From positions 1-64,000 of the forward strand of contig NW_008246076.1 of the NCBI RefSeq assembly GCF_000281045.1: a DNA stretch of 64,000 nucleotides, written 5' to 3'. The number at the start of each line of letters is the position of its first letter. Position 1 is the first letter of the stretch. The translations under genes and the position numbers were made by a program. This document shows, piece after piece, positions 21,276 through 32,646 of the stretch. The notes below the pieces were generated by a model. The model worked only from the letters and a program-made list of their open reading frames with translations. It did not search any database and was not told where the DNA came from. This DNA is from Saprolegnia diclina VS20 (lineage: Eukaryota).

Positions 21276-22985
21276 TCACTCGATGGTGACCGAGGTGTTT
21301 TTGAGGATCTTGATGTTGTACACAAGGCTCGTCACGTCGCTGAGGACACCGTCGATGAGGTGGATGTTGGCGTCGCCGTCCTGGACGACCATGTACGAAG
21401 TCTCACGGAGGTCGTCGTTGCCGACCGACGGGTCCCGTGCCGGCGGCGCCTTGTCGCTGGTCAAGGACCGTGTCGTCGCCTTGCTCTTGACCGCGATGAT
21501 TGTTTGCTTCTTCTGCCGGAGCTCCTTCTCTGGCAGCCCAAAGCACGTGAGATGACTCATGAAGAACCACTGGAGCGTGCTGAGGCGACGCGCGCGGCAG
21601 AGGAGAAGGGCACCGCCCGCCTTGCCCTCGGCCTCGACTTCGATGCCGTCGAGGTAGTCGCAGACGATCGACGACGAATTGTAAATCGCTTGGCGCGCGA
21701 GCGAGTGCTTCCGCAGCAGCTTCCAATGTTTNNNNNNNNNNNNNNNNNNNNNNNNNNNNNNNNNNNNNNNNNNNNNNNNNNNNNNNNNNNNNNNNNNNNN
21801 NNNNNNNNNNNNNNNNNNNNNNNNNNNNNNNNNNNNNNNNNNNNNNNNNNNNNNNNNNNNNNNNNNNNNNNNNNNNNNNNNNNNNNNNNNNNNNNNNNNN
21901 NNNNNNNNNNNNNNNNNNNNNNNNNNNNNNNNNNNNNNNNNNNNNNNNNNNNNNNNNNNNNNNNNNNNNNNNNNNNNNNNNNNNNNNNNNNNNNNNNNNN
22001 NNNNNNNNNNNNNNNNNNNNNNNNNNNNNNNNNNNNNNNNNNNNNNNNNNNNNNNNNNNNNNNNNNNNNNNNNNNNNNNNNNNNNNNNNNNNNNNNNNNN
22101 NNNNNNNNNNNNNNNNNNNNNNNNNNNNNNNNNNNNNNNNNNNNNNNNNNNNNNNNNNNNNNNNNNNNNNNNNNNNNNNNNNNNNNNNNNNNNNNNNNNN
22201 NNNNNNNNNNNNNNNNNNNNNNNNNNNNNNNNNNNNNNNNNNNNNNNNNNNNNNNNNNNNNNNNNNNNNNNNNNNNNNNNNNNNNNNNNNNNNNNNNNNN
22301 NNNNNNNNNNNNNNNNNNNNNNNNNNNNNNNNNNNNNNNNNNNNNNNNNNNNNNNNNNNNNNNNNNNNNNNNNNNNNNNNNNNNNNNNNNNNNNNNNNNN
22401 NNNNNNNNNNNNNNNNNNNNNNNNNNNNNNNNNNNNNNNNNNNNNNNNNNNNNNNNNNNNNNNNNNNNNNNNNNNNNNNNNNNNNNNNNNNNNNNNNNNN
22501 NNNNNNNNNNNNNNNNNNNNNNNNNNNNNNNNNNNNNNNNNNNNNNNNNNNNNNNNNNNNNNNNNNNNNNNNNNNNNNNNNNNNNNNNNNNNNNNNNNNN
22601 NNNNNNNNNNNNNNNNNNNNNNNNNNNNNNNNNNNNNNNNNNNNNNNNNNTACGAGACCGCATCCGACGCCAAAGCGAGGCGAATGTTCATCGGGTTGGT
22701 CGCACCGAGGTACGTCTTTTCAAAGATGGGGCAGAGCGGCGTGGCGGGCGTCAGCGGGAACGTGCCGGCCGAGATGACGTAAATGGCTTCGCTTTTCGCG
22801 GCCAGTTGGGTCACCGTCGCGTTGGCGAGCCAGTAGCCAGTGGTTTGAGAGGTTCGGGATGCTCAGACCCTTGGCGAACGCATATTGGGTGAGGAGCTGC
22901 GACAGGTCGAGCGGAGTCACAAAGAAGAAGCCGTTCCCGAGGTAGTTGTTGATGGACCAGTTGTTGACGATCGCGTCGGCGCCGA
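21276..22985 (-). CDS. ~650 aa oomycete multi-pass membrane protein family, copy 1 (interrupted by gaps, 5' end in gap)
   Basis: Visible parts match 54817-56769 (NNW, YVISAG.FPLTP, RLSTLQWFFMSHL, YNIKILKNTSVTI). Confidence 0.8.
21732..22650. other. Assembly gap (N run)
   Basis: Run of N. Confidence 1.
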
Positions 22986-23510
22986 NNNNNNNNNNNNNNN
23001 NNNNNNNNNNNNNNNNNNNNNNNNNNNNNNNNNNNNNNNNNNNNNNNNNNNNNNNNNNNNNNNNNNNNNNNNNNNNNNNNNNNNNNNNNNNNNNNNNNNN
23101 NNNNNNNNNNNNNNNNNNNNNNNNNNNNNNNNNNNNNNNNNNNNNNNNNNNNNNNNNNNNNNNNNNNNNNNNNNNNNNNNNNNNNNNNNNNNNNNNNNNN
23201 NNNNNNNNNNNNNNNNNNNNNNNNNNNNNNNNNNNNNNNNNNNNNNNNNNNNNNNNNNNNNNNNNNNNNNNNNNNNNNNNNNNNNNNNNNNNNNNNNNNN
23301 NNNNNNNNNNNNNNNNNNNNNNNNNNNNNNNNNNNNNNNNNNNNNNNNNNNNNNNNNNNNNNNNNNNNNNNNNNNNNNNNNNNNNNNNNNNNNNNNNNNN
23401 NNNNNNNNNNNNNNNNNNNNNNNNNNNNNNNNNNNNNNNNNNNNNNNNNNNNNNNNNNNNNNNNNNNNNNNNNNNNNNNNNNNNNNNNNNNNNNNNNNNN
23501 NNNNNNNNNN
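22986..23510. other. Assembly gap (N run)
   Basis: Run of N. Confidence 1.
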
Positions 23511-25129
23511 GCTTCCGGATTTGGCTCGATGCCCTCGAGGTAGTCGCAGAGAATCGACGACGAATTGTACATCGCTTGGCGTGAAAGCGAGTGCTGTTTC
23601 AGCAGCGTCCAGTGCGCACAGTTCCAGACGTGGTCCCAGAGGGTGACGACCGCGAGGTTGAGCAGCATGCCGAGGACCACCGAGCCTGCGACGCGCATGT
23701 AAAAGCTGTTGAAAAAGTCGACGCGAATGCCGTCGATCTTCTCAAACGAGTTGCGGAGGTCGGTCGACACCGAGTTGTTGTAGTCCATGAACGGCGGGAC
23801 GTACGCGAGCAGAATGGCGCTGAGGTAGAGCGACAAGACGCTCGACCAGTTGAGGGCGCCCATGAGCGCGCTCTGGCCATTGAACGAGACCGTCCCGAGG
23901 AGGTTCAAGCACTTTTTGCAGATCTTGAGAACCGCGCAGTTGACCCAGAGGAAGCGCATGCTGCAGCAAAAGAGCTGCAGCGAGTAGAGTGGCGTCGGAC
24001 TCAGATTGTTGTACAGATTGACGCTGCGGATAAAGACAAAGCAGTTTTGAATGTCGAGGAGGACGCTCAACGCGTAGCTAAACACAAAGATGTCCGAGTT
24101 GAAGCAAAACATATCGAAGCGCAGCGCGTGAGAGGCCTGGGGATAGTACTTGGGCGCGACCGTGCGAAGGACGCGCGAGATGAACCCCTCGGCCGCGTCG
24201 AGCCACTGCACGGTCCGGCGGCTCGCGAGGTACCCGCCGACCCCAAAGAAGATACCAACGAGCTTGACATAGACGGACGCGATGCTGCCAAAGTTGCTGC
24301 GCAGCATGAGCCCGAGTGTGTACGTCGATCCGTCCACATACGAACTCGCCTTGACCGTGATGCTTTTGGCGCTGTCGTTGTACAGAAACGTCATGTTGCA
24401 GACGCTGTACCCGAGGTCCGCGACCGGGTCGCAGAGCGTGCAGAACGTGCGCGGGAAGATCCGAAAGTAGTTGACGAGCTGCGTCTGGGGCAGCGTAGTG
24501 TTGAGAATCGCAATGTCTCGCGTGAAGCGCATGTCGACGTAATTGCGCCCGGGGACGTAGCCCAAGGCCGCGATCTGGTCGCTGCGCATGGTCGAGTTGG
24601 CCAAATTGGCCGTCTTCCCGTCCGAGAAGGCGTTCGTGATCGCATTGCCGCGGTAGTAGGTGATGGCGCCCGAGGCGAGCGCGAGGCGAGCACTCGTGGT
24701 CGTTGGCGTCCATCTGAACGAGTACGTCTGCTGGAAGATGGGGCAGAGCACCGTGTCGGGCGTGAGCGGGTACACGCCGGACGCGACAAGGTAAATGTCG
24801 TCGGCCTTGGTGCTGATCTTGTGCACTGTCGTGTTGGCCATCCAAAACCCAACGTTCGAGAGAGTCCCGACGGTGAGGCCTCGCGCAAACGAGTACTGGC
24901 GACTGAGCTGCGGAAGAAACTGCGCCGAGGCCACCGGCGTCGCAAGAAAGTACGCGCCCCCGAGGTAGTTGTTGAGCGCCCAGTTGTTGACGACGGCGTC
25001 CGCGACCAGAATTGCGATCGCGAGGACGCCGGTCGCGGCCAGGGCAAACGCATACGCCTGGCGCGCATGCACAGACCACTGGTGTTGCGCCGGCAGCGCC
25101 TCGAAGACCTCGGTGAGCCGACGCTGCAT
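23511..25129 (-). CDS. ~650 aa oomycete multi-pass membrane protein family, copy 2 (3' end in gap)
   Basis: Open ORF MQRRLTE...; collinear with 54817-56769 (RIFPR.FC..CDP, YVKLVGIFFGVGGYLASRRTVQW). Confidence 0.85.
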
Positions 25130-25230
25130 CCCACAAACTACGGAAATTTGGCGGGACCGGTCGGGTGAAACCTCCACGAAAACGAACCCCCTATTTTTAC
25201 CCCCTCCAAGCCAACCCGATTTACGTATAT

Positions 25231-28200
25231 TTACGACTTGTCGGCCGAGTAGAGGGCGACGAGCGAGTCGGTAGCGCCGGCCGCGAGGAGGAGGCGGTGC
25301 GGGTGGAACGCGAGGCACGACACCGGGCCGATGCGCTAGAGACTCAACCTCAATTGAAAAATTTGGTTTGAGAAAAATACCTCGCCAAGAAAGCCTTCGT
25401 GGTACCGGATGAGCGCCATTTGCTCGCCGTCGTGGCGAAACACCTTGATAAATTGATTGTGCGACCCACTACACATCGACTATCAACTTGATACGAGAGC
25501 GCAAAGTGCACCTCGCAAAGAGCGGCGCGTAGTTGTGGACGCTGAGCGCCGTCATCGGCGACCGGTGCGCCTCGAGCGTCTTGACGCTCACCTTTTGGTG
25601 GCGCAAATCCCAAAACTTGAGCTCGCCCGTGACGCTGCCCGAGAGCAACTCGTACTTGGTCGCGTACAAATGCGTCCCTACGAGTATTCGCAAAAAATGA
25701 GAAAAATACGAAAAATCAGAAAAAATACGAACGCACCCACGATCCACGACGTGTGCTCGCGCAAAATGGCCTTGACGTCCGACTTGGCGCGCGGGTCGTA
25801 GAGACGCAGCGTGCCGTCGCCGCAGCCGGCCACGACAAGTCCTAGTGCAGTGTTTAGTGCGTGTCGAAATTAGTGTCAACGCACCCCCAATGGCCTCGTC
25901 GGTCGCCATGGTCGTCACACACGAGTCGGTCTGCGTCGGCGCCTACAGACGGTTGAGATTTGGACGACGTGATCGCTCAGACTTGGTAGACGCAGCGCTC
26001 CTGCTGGAGGTCCCAGCCGCGCACGACGCTCGAGTTGCCGGCGGCGAAGAGCAAGCCGGCTTGCTGCTGCCACGCCGTCACCAGACCCGACCCTCGCGTG
26101 CCCGGGACAAGGTCCGGCACGGCCGTAAAGGCGAGCGCGAGCTGCGGCTTGGTCTCGACCTACGAGAATTCTCAATCGCAACTCAAAATCGCAAGGAAAC
26201 TCAATAAGAATACGTCGTGGTAGAGCTTGACGACGCCGTCGTCGGACGCGCAGTAGAGCAGCGCGCGGTCGTCCTCGTTGATCCACCCGACGGCCGTGAG
26301 ACGCGACCCGCGCGGGTTCAGATTCGCAAACGAGTGGCAGCGCTCGCTGTTGTCGACGTTCCACACACTCAACTGGTCGGTCGCGTCGGCCACGACGAGC
26401 AAGCTGCATGGAGAGTTCTCAATTGAGTTTGAAGTGAATCTCAACAGCGCAAACGCACCTCGCGTACGGGTGGAACACGAGGAGCGACGTCATGTCCGAG
26501 TCCGTGTTGAGAAGTGCGCTCTGGCGCAAGTTGAGCGAGTACCCTGCGAGCTCTAAAAATCGAGAACTTGTTGAGTTTCAGATGTGGAATTTGGCACAGC
26601 GTACGCTCTTCCTTTTCGACTCGGAGCTGCGACGCGAGGAGCTTCCAGCGGGCGTTCCGGCGCTGCCGCTCGAGCCGAACAGCACCTACGCGCGCTCAGA
26701 CGCCATGTGCGCATATATGCAGCGTACCTTGGGCGCTCAGTGGGTCGAGCTCGTCGTCCTCATGGCTGTCGACCGACTCGAGGAGCGGCCGGTTGAACTT
26801 GGCGCACGCCCAGCGGTACAAAGAGCTCACGAGCGCATCCGGAAGCCGGTGGACCTCGGGCCTACCATCGTCAACGTTTGAGTTTGCTTTGAGATTCACT
26901 TTTGTCGTACACGGGCGTCTCGAGACCGCCAAAGTTACCCAAGGACGAGTGTTGGGAAGCGAGGACGCTGGGCTTGGGCGGGCGACCGGCGACGACGCGG
27001 CCGTTGGCCGTTGCCATGCTCGGGAGTGAGTTGTCACGGTGCAGTCGGCCGTGCGACGGAGAGAGCGTGTGCCCGAGGGCGCCCGTGTTGACGCGCGACA
27101 CGATCATCTTGACGAGCGGCCGCAGCGGCGTGAACGGGTCGTGCTGCTGCATCTCCTTGAGTGCGTGCCACACCTTGGTGTAGTGTGGCGCCTGGGGCCC
27201 CAGCCCTGCACGTTCGAAGACATCAATAGGGGTAGGGGACCATGCAAAACGTACCCGCGATGGCGTCTGGCACGGCGTCCGTCTTGCGCGTGTGCTGGGC
27301 GAGGTGTTCAAAGGGCGGCTGGTAGTGCGGGTGGAGCACGAGGTGCGCGAGCGCCAGAATCGTTTCCTTGCGCACGAGCGGCGACGCGTCCGAGAGCGCT
27401 GGCACGAGGCAGTCGCTTGCGATGGGCAGATCCAGCGACGGGTGGTGGCCTAATTCGCATACGAACGTGAACTGCGCGCACGTGGAAACGCGTGTACCGA
27501 GGAGCGTGCCGAGCGCAAAGACGGCCGATGCGCGCACTTCCGGCGCTGCGTCGGTTTGCGCGACCTTGTGCAAGTGCAAGTGGACCTTGTCTTCGAGAGC
27601 CGACGCTTTCGCCGGCTCGAATGCCTCCCAGGCTTTGCCCAGCGCCAAGCACGCCCTAGTTCCACATAGCAAACGGTGTTATAGAAAAAGAGCTAGGTAC
27701 CACTGGCGGACGTGCGGGTGCGGGTCGGCCAAGAACAAGGTGACGCGCTTGAGGAGGCCGTTCTGGAGACACGCCTGCTGCCCCGTCGCGTACTCGTGGC
27801 AGAGCACCGAGAGCACAAAGAGCGTCATGGCCTTCTGGTCAGGCGGCAGAAGCGGTGTCATGAGGTGGTTCAGAAAGTACTGCTGGCCGTCGATCTTGAC
27901 CAAGTCGGCTTGGCACGACATGTCCAACGCGACAATTTTGGCCTAATTTTCACCCTCAACCATCAAAGTATCAACGTATCAAGAGTTCTACCCAGACAAA
28001 CACAAGCACGTGGCGGAGTTCGGGCGCGGGCGACTGCAGAAGGCGCTCGACGTACGGGAAGATGCCGACTGACAAGGTGAGGTTCACAGCGTGCGGGCCA
28101 AGGTCGAAGAACTGCGTCAAGAGCACGAGCGCGCGCACGCGCAGCGCTTGGTTGAGCAGCATTTGCAGAATGATCGGCAGCTGCTGCGGCGGCGGCTTGG

Positions 28201-29771
28201 ATTTCGAGCCAAACGCGAGCCAGACTTCGAACGCCATGAGCTGCTCGGCAAAGAAGCGCGAGTGGTGGAACGTAATCTCTTGCGGAATACTTGGCGGCGA
28301 GAGCACGGCCTGGAGCTGCGAGAGGCACGTCTCGGCCGCGAGGTCCTAACGCTATTTTGTCAGTCGTCATTCTTAGAAGCCGCGCAAGAGTACCCAGCTG
28401 CGCCACAGCGGGTGGTGGGCCGTCGAGGGCAGTGCGGGCAGCGAGCACGGCGTGCACCCTACGTCGATATCAAGCAACGGACGCCATTCGCATCTCTACC
28501 GAGCGTCGTCATGATGCGCTCGGCCAGCAAAAAGTTGCGGAAGAGCGACGCGACGAGGAGGTCTTGGCGAAAGAGCGTTTGAAAGAGCGGCGCGGGAAGG
28601 AGGTTCCACGCGATCGTGTCCGTGATGGCCGTGAAGATCCAGTTGAGCTCGCCCAGCGGCGTCTTGCGGTCCGTGAGCTTGCCTAAACATAAAAGTATAG
28701 TCCTTTATCCAAACGCTGATGAGCTACCTGGGATGCGGTCGATCACGCTCGGCTCCAAATGGCCCATGCTACGCTCGTTCTACAAGGGCACAGAGTAGCA
28801 AGCAGCTCGCTTCGACAGTTGAGGTTACCTGCGAGAGGAACCAGCGGAGGGCGACTGTGATCGGTGTCGTGAGGCAGCTGGTAAAGACGTCCGCGCACAT
28901 GTCGGGGTGCATCGGGAGGATCTCATCGGGACCGCAGGCCGCGAGCACGAACGCGTCCGTGGCCGTGCTAAAGTGCTGGAGCAGCGTGCCGGCGGCCGAG
29001 CAGTCAAAGACATAGACGGACGGCGTGCCGACCCACGCCTGCAGCTCGTACACGAGCAGCGGGATGTACTGCGTGTAGCTCTTGTTGAAGACCCAGATCT
29101 CGCCGTTGGGCGTCGGGCGGGGCACGCCATGGCCGTTGTAGTGGAAGAGGACGCGGTCGTGCTTGGCGTGGCGCCGCAACGAGACGCAGAGCTGCTTGAT
29201 CTCGTCGACGGTCGGGTCCAGCGACTGCCGGTACCGCGCGCGCGGCTGCCAGCGCTCGTACTGCGACTGCAGCGTCTTGCCTAAAGCGCTCGTCAAGACA
29301 ACTGCGGCGAGAGAAATCACGCACCGATGGTTTCGAGGGCCTTCAGCGCCGGCATCGAGAAGGGCTCGACCCAGCACTCCTTGCGCGCGCAGGGCGTCGG
29401 CTTGGCGATGTCGGGCGGGTCGGTGCCAATGTTGAGGCAGAGAACGAGCGCGACGTCCATCGTCTTGAGGCGGGGCGTGCCCATGCGCCAGGGCTGGATC
29501 GCGACCGTCGCCTCGTCGTCCTCGTCGTCCGCAGCGCCCCAGAGCATCTTGCTCAGATGGCGGTCTTCCATGACGTACGGCCGCTTCGTCGTGGGCTCCT
29601 CGGGCGCCGGAGGTCGCAGCGTCGGCGCGAAGAGGCCCGTCGGCGGGTGCACCGGCGGAGGGAACGCTGGTCGCATGACGGTGATATCCGCTTGCTTGGT
29701 CACACAACCGGAATCGAAAGGCAATCTGGCTAATCACACCCAACCGAATCCCGTGGGACTGCCTCGTCCAT
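25231..29771 (-). CDS. RPTOR: Regulatory-associated protein of TOR (Raptor/Kog1), many short introns
   Basis: [70 protein letters not shown] region and C-terminal WD40 (CLAFHPH). Start exon inferred. Confidence 0.96.
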
Positions 29772-30148
29772 CTTCGATGGCAGCTTTGGTATCGTCGTCG
29801 CCAAGTTCTTCTCATCGAGTACGCCAGTACGATAGTAGGTTAGTTAGTTGCAAGCAAATAAGAACGTATTCCCATGGTTATTTAGTTGGTCGCTAGTTTA
29901 TGTGTACCGCAATGTCATGAGCTTCGATCCGAGGCGACGCGTACTGGCCCTCCTTCTACTAGCACCTTGTTGTCACGACCCGCTCGAGGCTTTGGATGTC
30001 AGAGAGGGCAGAAGATTCTCCGCGGTTGAGCCGGTCACTGAGAGAGCGATAACCGATCGCAACCGACTTTGCTGCATCGACGCGCTCAACTGCAAAAGAC
30101 AAAGAAGAAGAAAACGCGCGGGATATTCATAGTTTGGGATAATCCCTT

Positions 30149-30753
30149 ATGCTCGACGCCGCGCAGTTCTCGACTCCGCGGGGCGCCGCGCGGCGTGTCG
30201 GGTCCCTCAGTCAAGGACCGCCTCCGGGGCCCACCGACCACCGGTTCACGTCCCCGAGAGGGTCCGCCCCGTCCTTCCGAGTCCCGTCGCCGGTTGTCGG
30301 CCACGAACCTGTCTTGTACTCGTCGGACGAGAGCGACGAGACCCCGACCCGGCGACCGTCGCTGGTCAAGACGTCGGACGTCTTTTCACTCACGCGCCAC
30401 AACCGCTTTGAGCAGGTGGAGGCGATGTTAGCGAAGGGCCTTTCCGTCAACCTCCAAGATGCCTACGGTAACTCGCTCCTCATCATTGCGTGCCAGAACG
30501 GTCTCAAGCGGCTCGCCAAGATGCTCCTCCGGCGCGGCGCCAACATCAACCTCCAAAACGTACCCTTTCCACTCCGTACGTTACTGTACAACTAAGATCC
30601 TAGGCGCGGGGCAACACACCGCTGCACTACTGCTTTGCCTACGGGTACGGCGAAACCCTCGGCGCCTACTTGATCTCAAAAGGCGCCGACGTGACGTTGC
30701 GCAACGAAGACGGCCTCGAGTGCTACTACGGCATCAAGCCGCCCGTTCTGTAG
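30149..30753 (+). CDS. Ankyrin-repeat protein (1 intron)
   Basis: DAYGNSLLIIACQNG, GANINLQN-ARGNTPLHYCFAYG. Confidence 0.85.
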
Positions 30754-30772
30754 CCCTTGGTAAAATAGAAAC

Positions 30773-30824
30773 CCTTGCCCCACATCAATGTCCTTGCCCC
30801 ACATCAATTCCCTTGCCCCACATC
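30773..30824 (+). repeat. Three tandem copies of a 19-nt unit CCTTGCCCCACATCAAT(NN)
   Basis: Copies start at 30773, 30792 and 30811. Confidence 0.9.
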
Positions 30825-31512
30825 GAGTGGCTGCGTCATCTCCGGCCTTTGGCGTCGCAATACGTTGGCTTGCGCGCAATCGCTGGGATTACCGCACTGG
30901 TTGCCGTCAAGAGCTCCACTGGATAATGGGCCATAAACCGCGTGATTGCTCGGCCTAAGATCGACGCCATCTGAGATGGGTCCGTGACGACCGACCTACA
31001 GTGGCTGCAAAGATACCAGCGCAGACAGCAGATATCGGTCGATTGCATAGATCTGCCACGGTGTCCTTGAGGAATTCATCCAGTTTTGTCTATTGACTAG
31101 AATTTATTCCCTGTGCCGATGCCGTCAAGGGCAAAGTCGCACGAAGCCACGCTGTAAGCTCTCGTACCGCCAACGCCAAATCTTACGCACCGTCGTCACG
31201 CGTTCGAGCGTCGGTCATCTGGCGGTCGTCCAGACGTCACGGGATCCCGCGTCGAATTTGGTGAGCGCGTCTGCCCCAACGTGCCCCGTCAACGAGCAAG
31301 TCGCGCGCTGATTGGTTCGTTTTTGGAGCAACGGATAATGCGCGCGTCTGATTGGCTGTTGCAAAGGGCATGGGTCGGCCCTCGAGATGACATCACATGC
31401 GAAGGGCGCAAAAATGCTACGCGGTGCTAAAGCAACGTGCAAGCGCTGCGATCTTGTCCTCGGATCTCACTCTGCCATTCGCCTCACGGAGCGCAAGACC
31501 ATCCTCTCTACC

Positions 31513-32481
31513 ATGGCGATCGCGTGGAAGCAGCACATCCAGAACGCCAACTGGCCCATGGTCTTCTACCTCACCTTTTGCCACGCGCTCGCTATCGTCG
31601 GGCTCGTCGCGATCCCGCAGTGCTCGTGGCAGACGCTCGCGTTCACGTTCGTGCTCGCCGAGCTCTCGGGTCTCGGCATCACGGGCGGTGCCCACCGGCT
31701 GTGGAGCCACCGCGCGTTCAAGGCGCACTGGACCGTCCGCGTCTTCCTCATGCTCTGCAACATGGTCGCCAACCAGGGGACTGTCTACCACTGGAGCCGC
31801 GACCACCGCGTGCACCACAAGTACTCCGAGTCGGAAGCCGACCCGCACAACGCGCTCCGCGGCATGTTCTTTGCGCACATTGGCTGGCTCCTCGTCAAGA
31901 AGGACCCGAAGGTGATCGAGGCCGGCAACAAGATGAAGTACGACGACCTGCTTGAGCTCTTTGAGATCCGGTGGCAGATGGCCATCAACCCGTGGGGCAA
32001 CCTCTTCATGAGCTTTGGCTTCCCGATGCTCGTGTGCCACTACTGGTTCGGCGAGTCGCTCTGGAACGGGCTCATGGTCGCTGGCTTCCTCCGCTACGTC
32101 GTCATCCTCCACTGCACGTGGCTCGTCAACTCGGCGGCCCACTTTTACGGCGAGACGCCGTACGACCCCAAGATCCACCCGACCGAGAACGCGATCGTCG
32201 CGCTGCTTGCGATCGGCGAGGGCTGGCACAACTGGCACCACGTCTTCCCGTACGACTACGCAGCCAGCGAGTTTGGCATCGCGTCGCAGTACAACCCGAC
32301 CAAGCTCTTCATCGACATTTGCGCCTACGTCGGCCTCGTCACGAACCGGAAGCGCGCGCTCAAGGCGTGGGAGGCGCGGCGCGCGAAGCGCGAGACCGTC
32401 GACGCGTTCGACATCCCGGACGGCTACGAGCTCAAGGAGGGCGAGTGCGAGGACGCGGCGCCCAAGGCCAAGGCCGCGTAA
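31513..32481 (+). CDS. Delta-9 (stearoyl-CoA-type) fatty acid desaturase, no cytochrome b5 fusion
   Basis: His boxes HRLWSH, HRVHH, HNWHH; DPHNA, GEGWHN, FPYDY. Confidence 0.95.
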   Translation: MAIAWKQHIQNANWPMVFYLTFCHALAIVGLVAIPQCSWQTLAFTFVLAELSGLGITGGAHRLWSHRAFKAHWTVRVFLMLCNMVANQGTVYHWSRDHRVHHKYSESEADPHNALRGMFFAHIGWLLVKKDPKVIEAGNKMKYDDLLELFEIRWQMAINPWGNLFMSFGFPMLVCHYWFGESLWNGLMVAGFLRYVVILHCTWLVNSAAHFYGETPYDPKIHPTENAIVALLAIGEGWHNWHHVFPYDYAASEFGIASQYNPTKLFIDICAYVGLVTNRKRALKAWEARRAKRETVDAFDIPDGYELKEGECEDAAPKAKAA

Positions 32482-32646
32482 ACCCGATATGTTCTCCTTT
32501 TGTACTACTTCTATATCGAGACTGCTTCTTGCAGCGGTAATATACACACAAACTCATTCGTTGTCGCGTCGACTACGAAGCATCGCTGTGACGACTCTGG
32601 TCTCTTGCCTGTTAGAGTCCTATTTCGCAGGATCAAGTTGGGGAAT

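Noticed and set aside
26160..26212. Raptor intron starting GTATTCTT, similar to a U12 donor
   Set aside because: Mismatch to GTATCCTT and no TCCTTRAC branch site; treated as an ordinary U2 intron.
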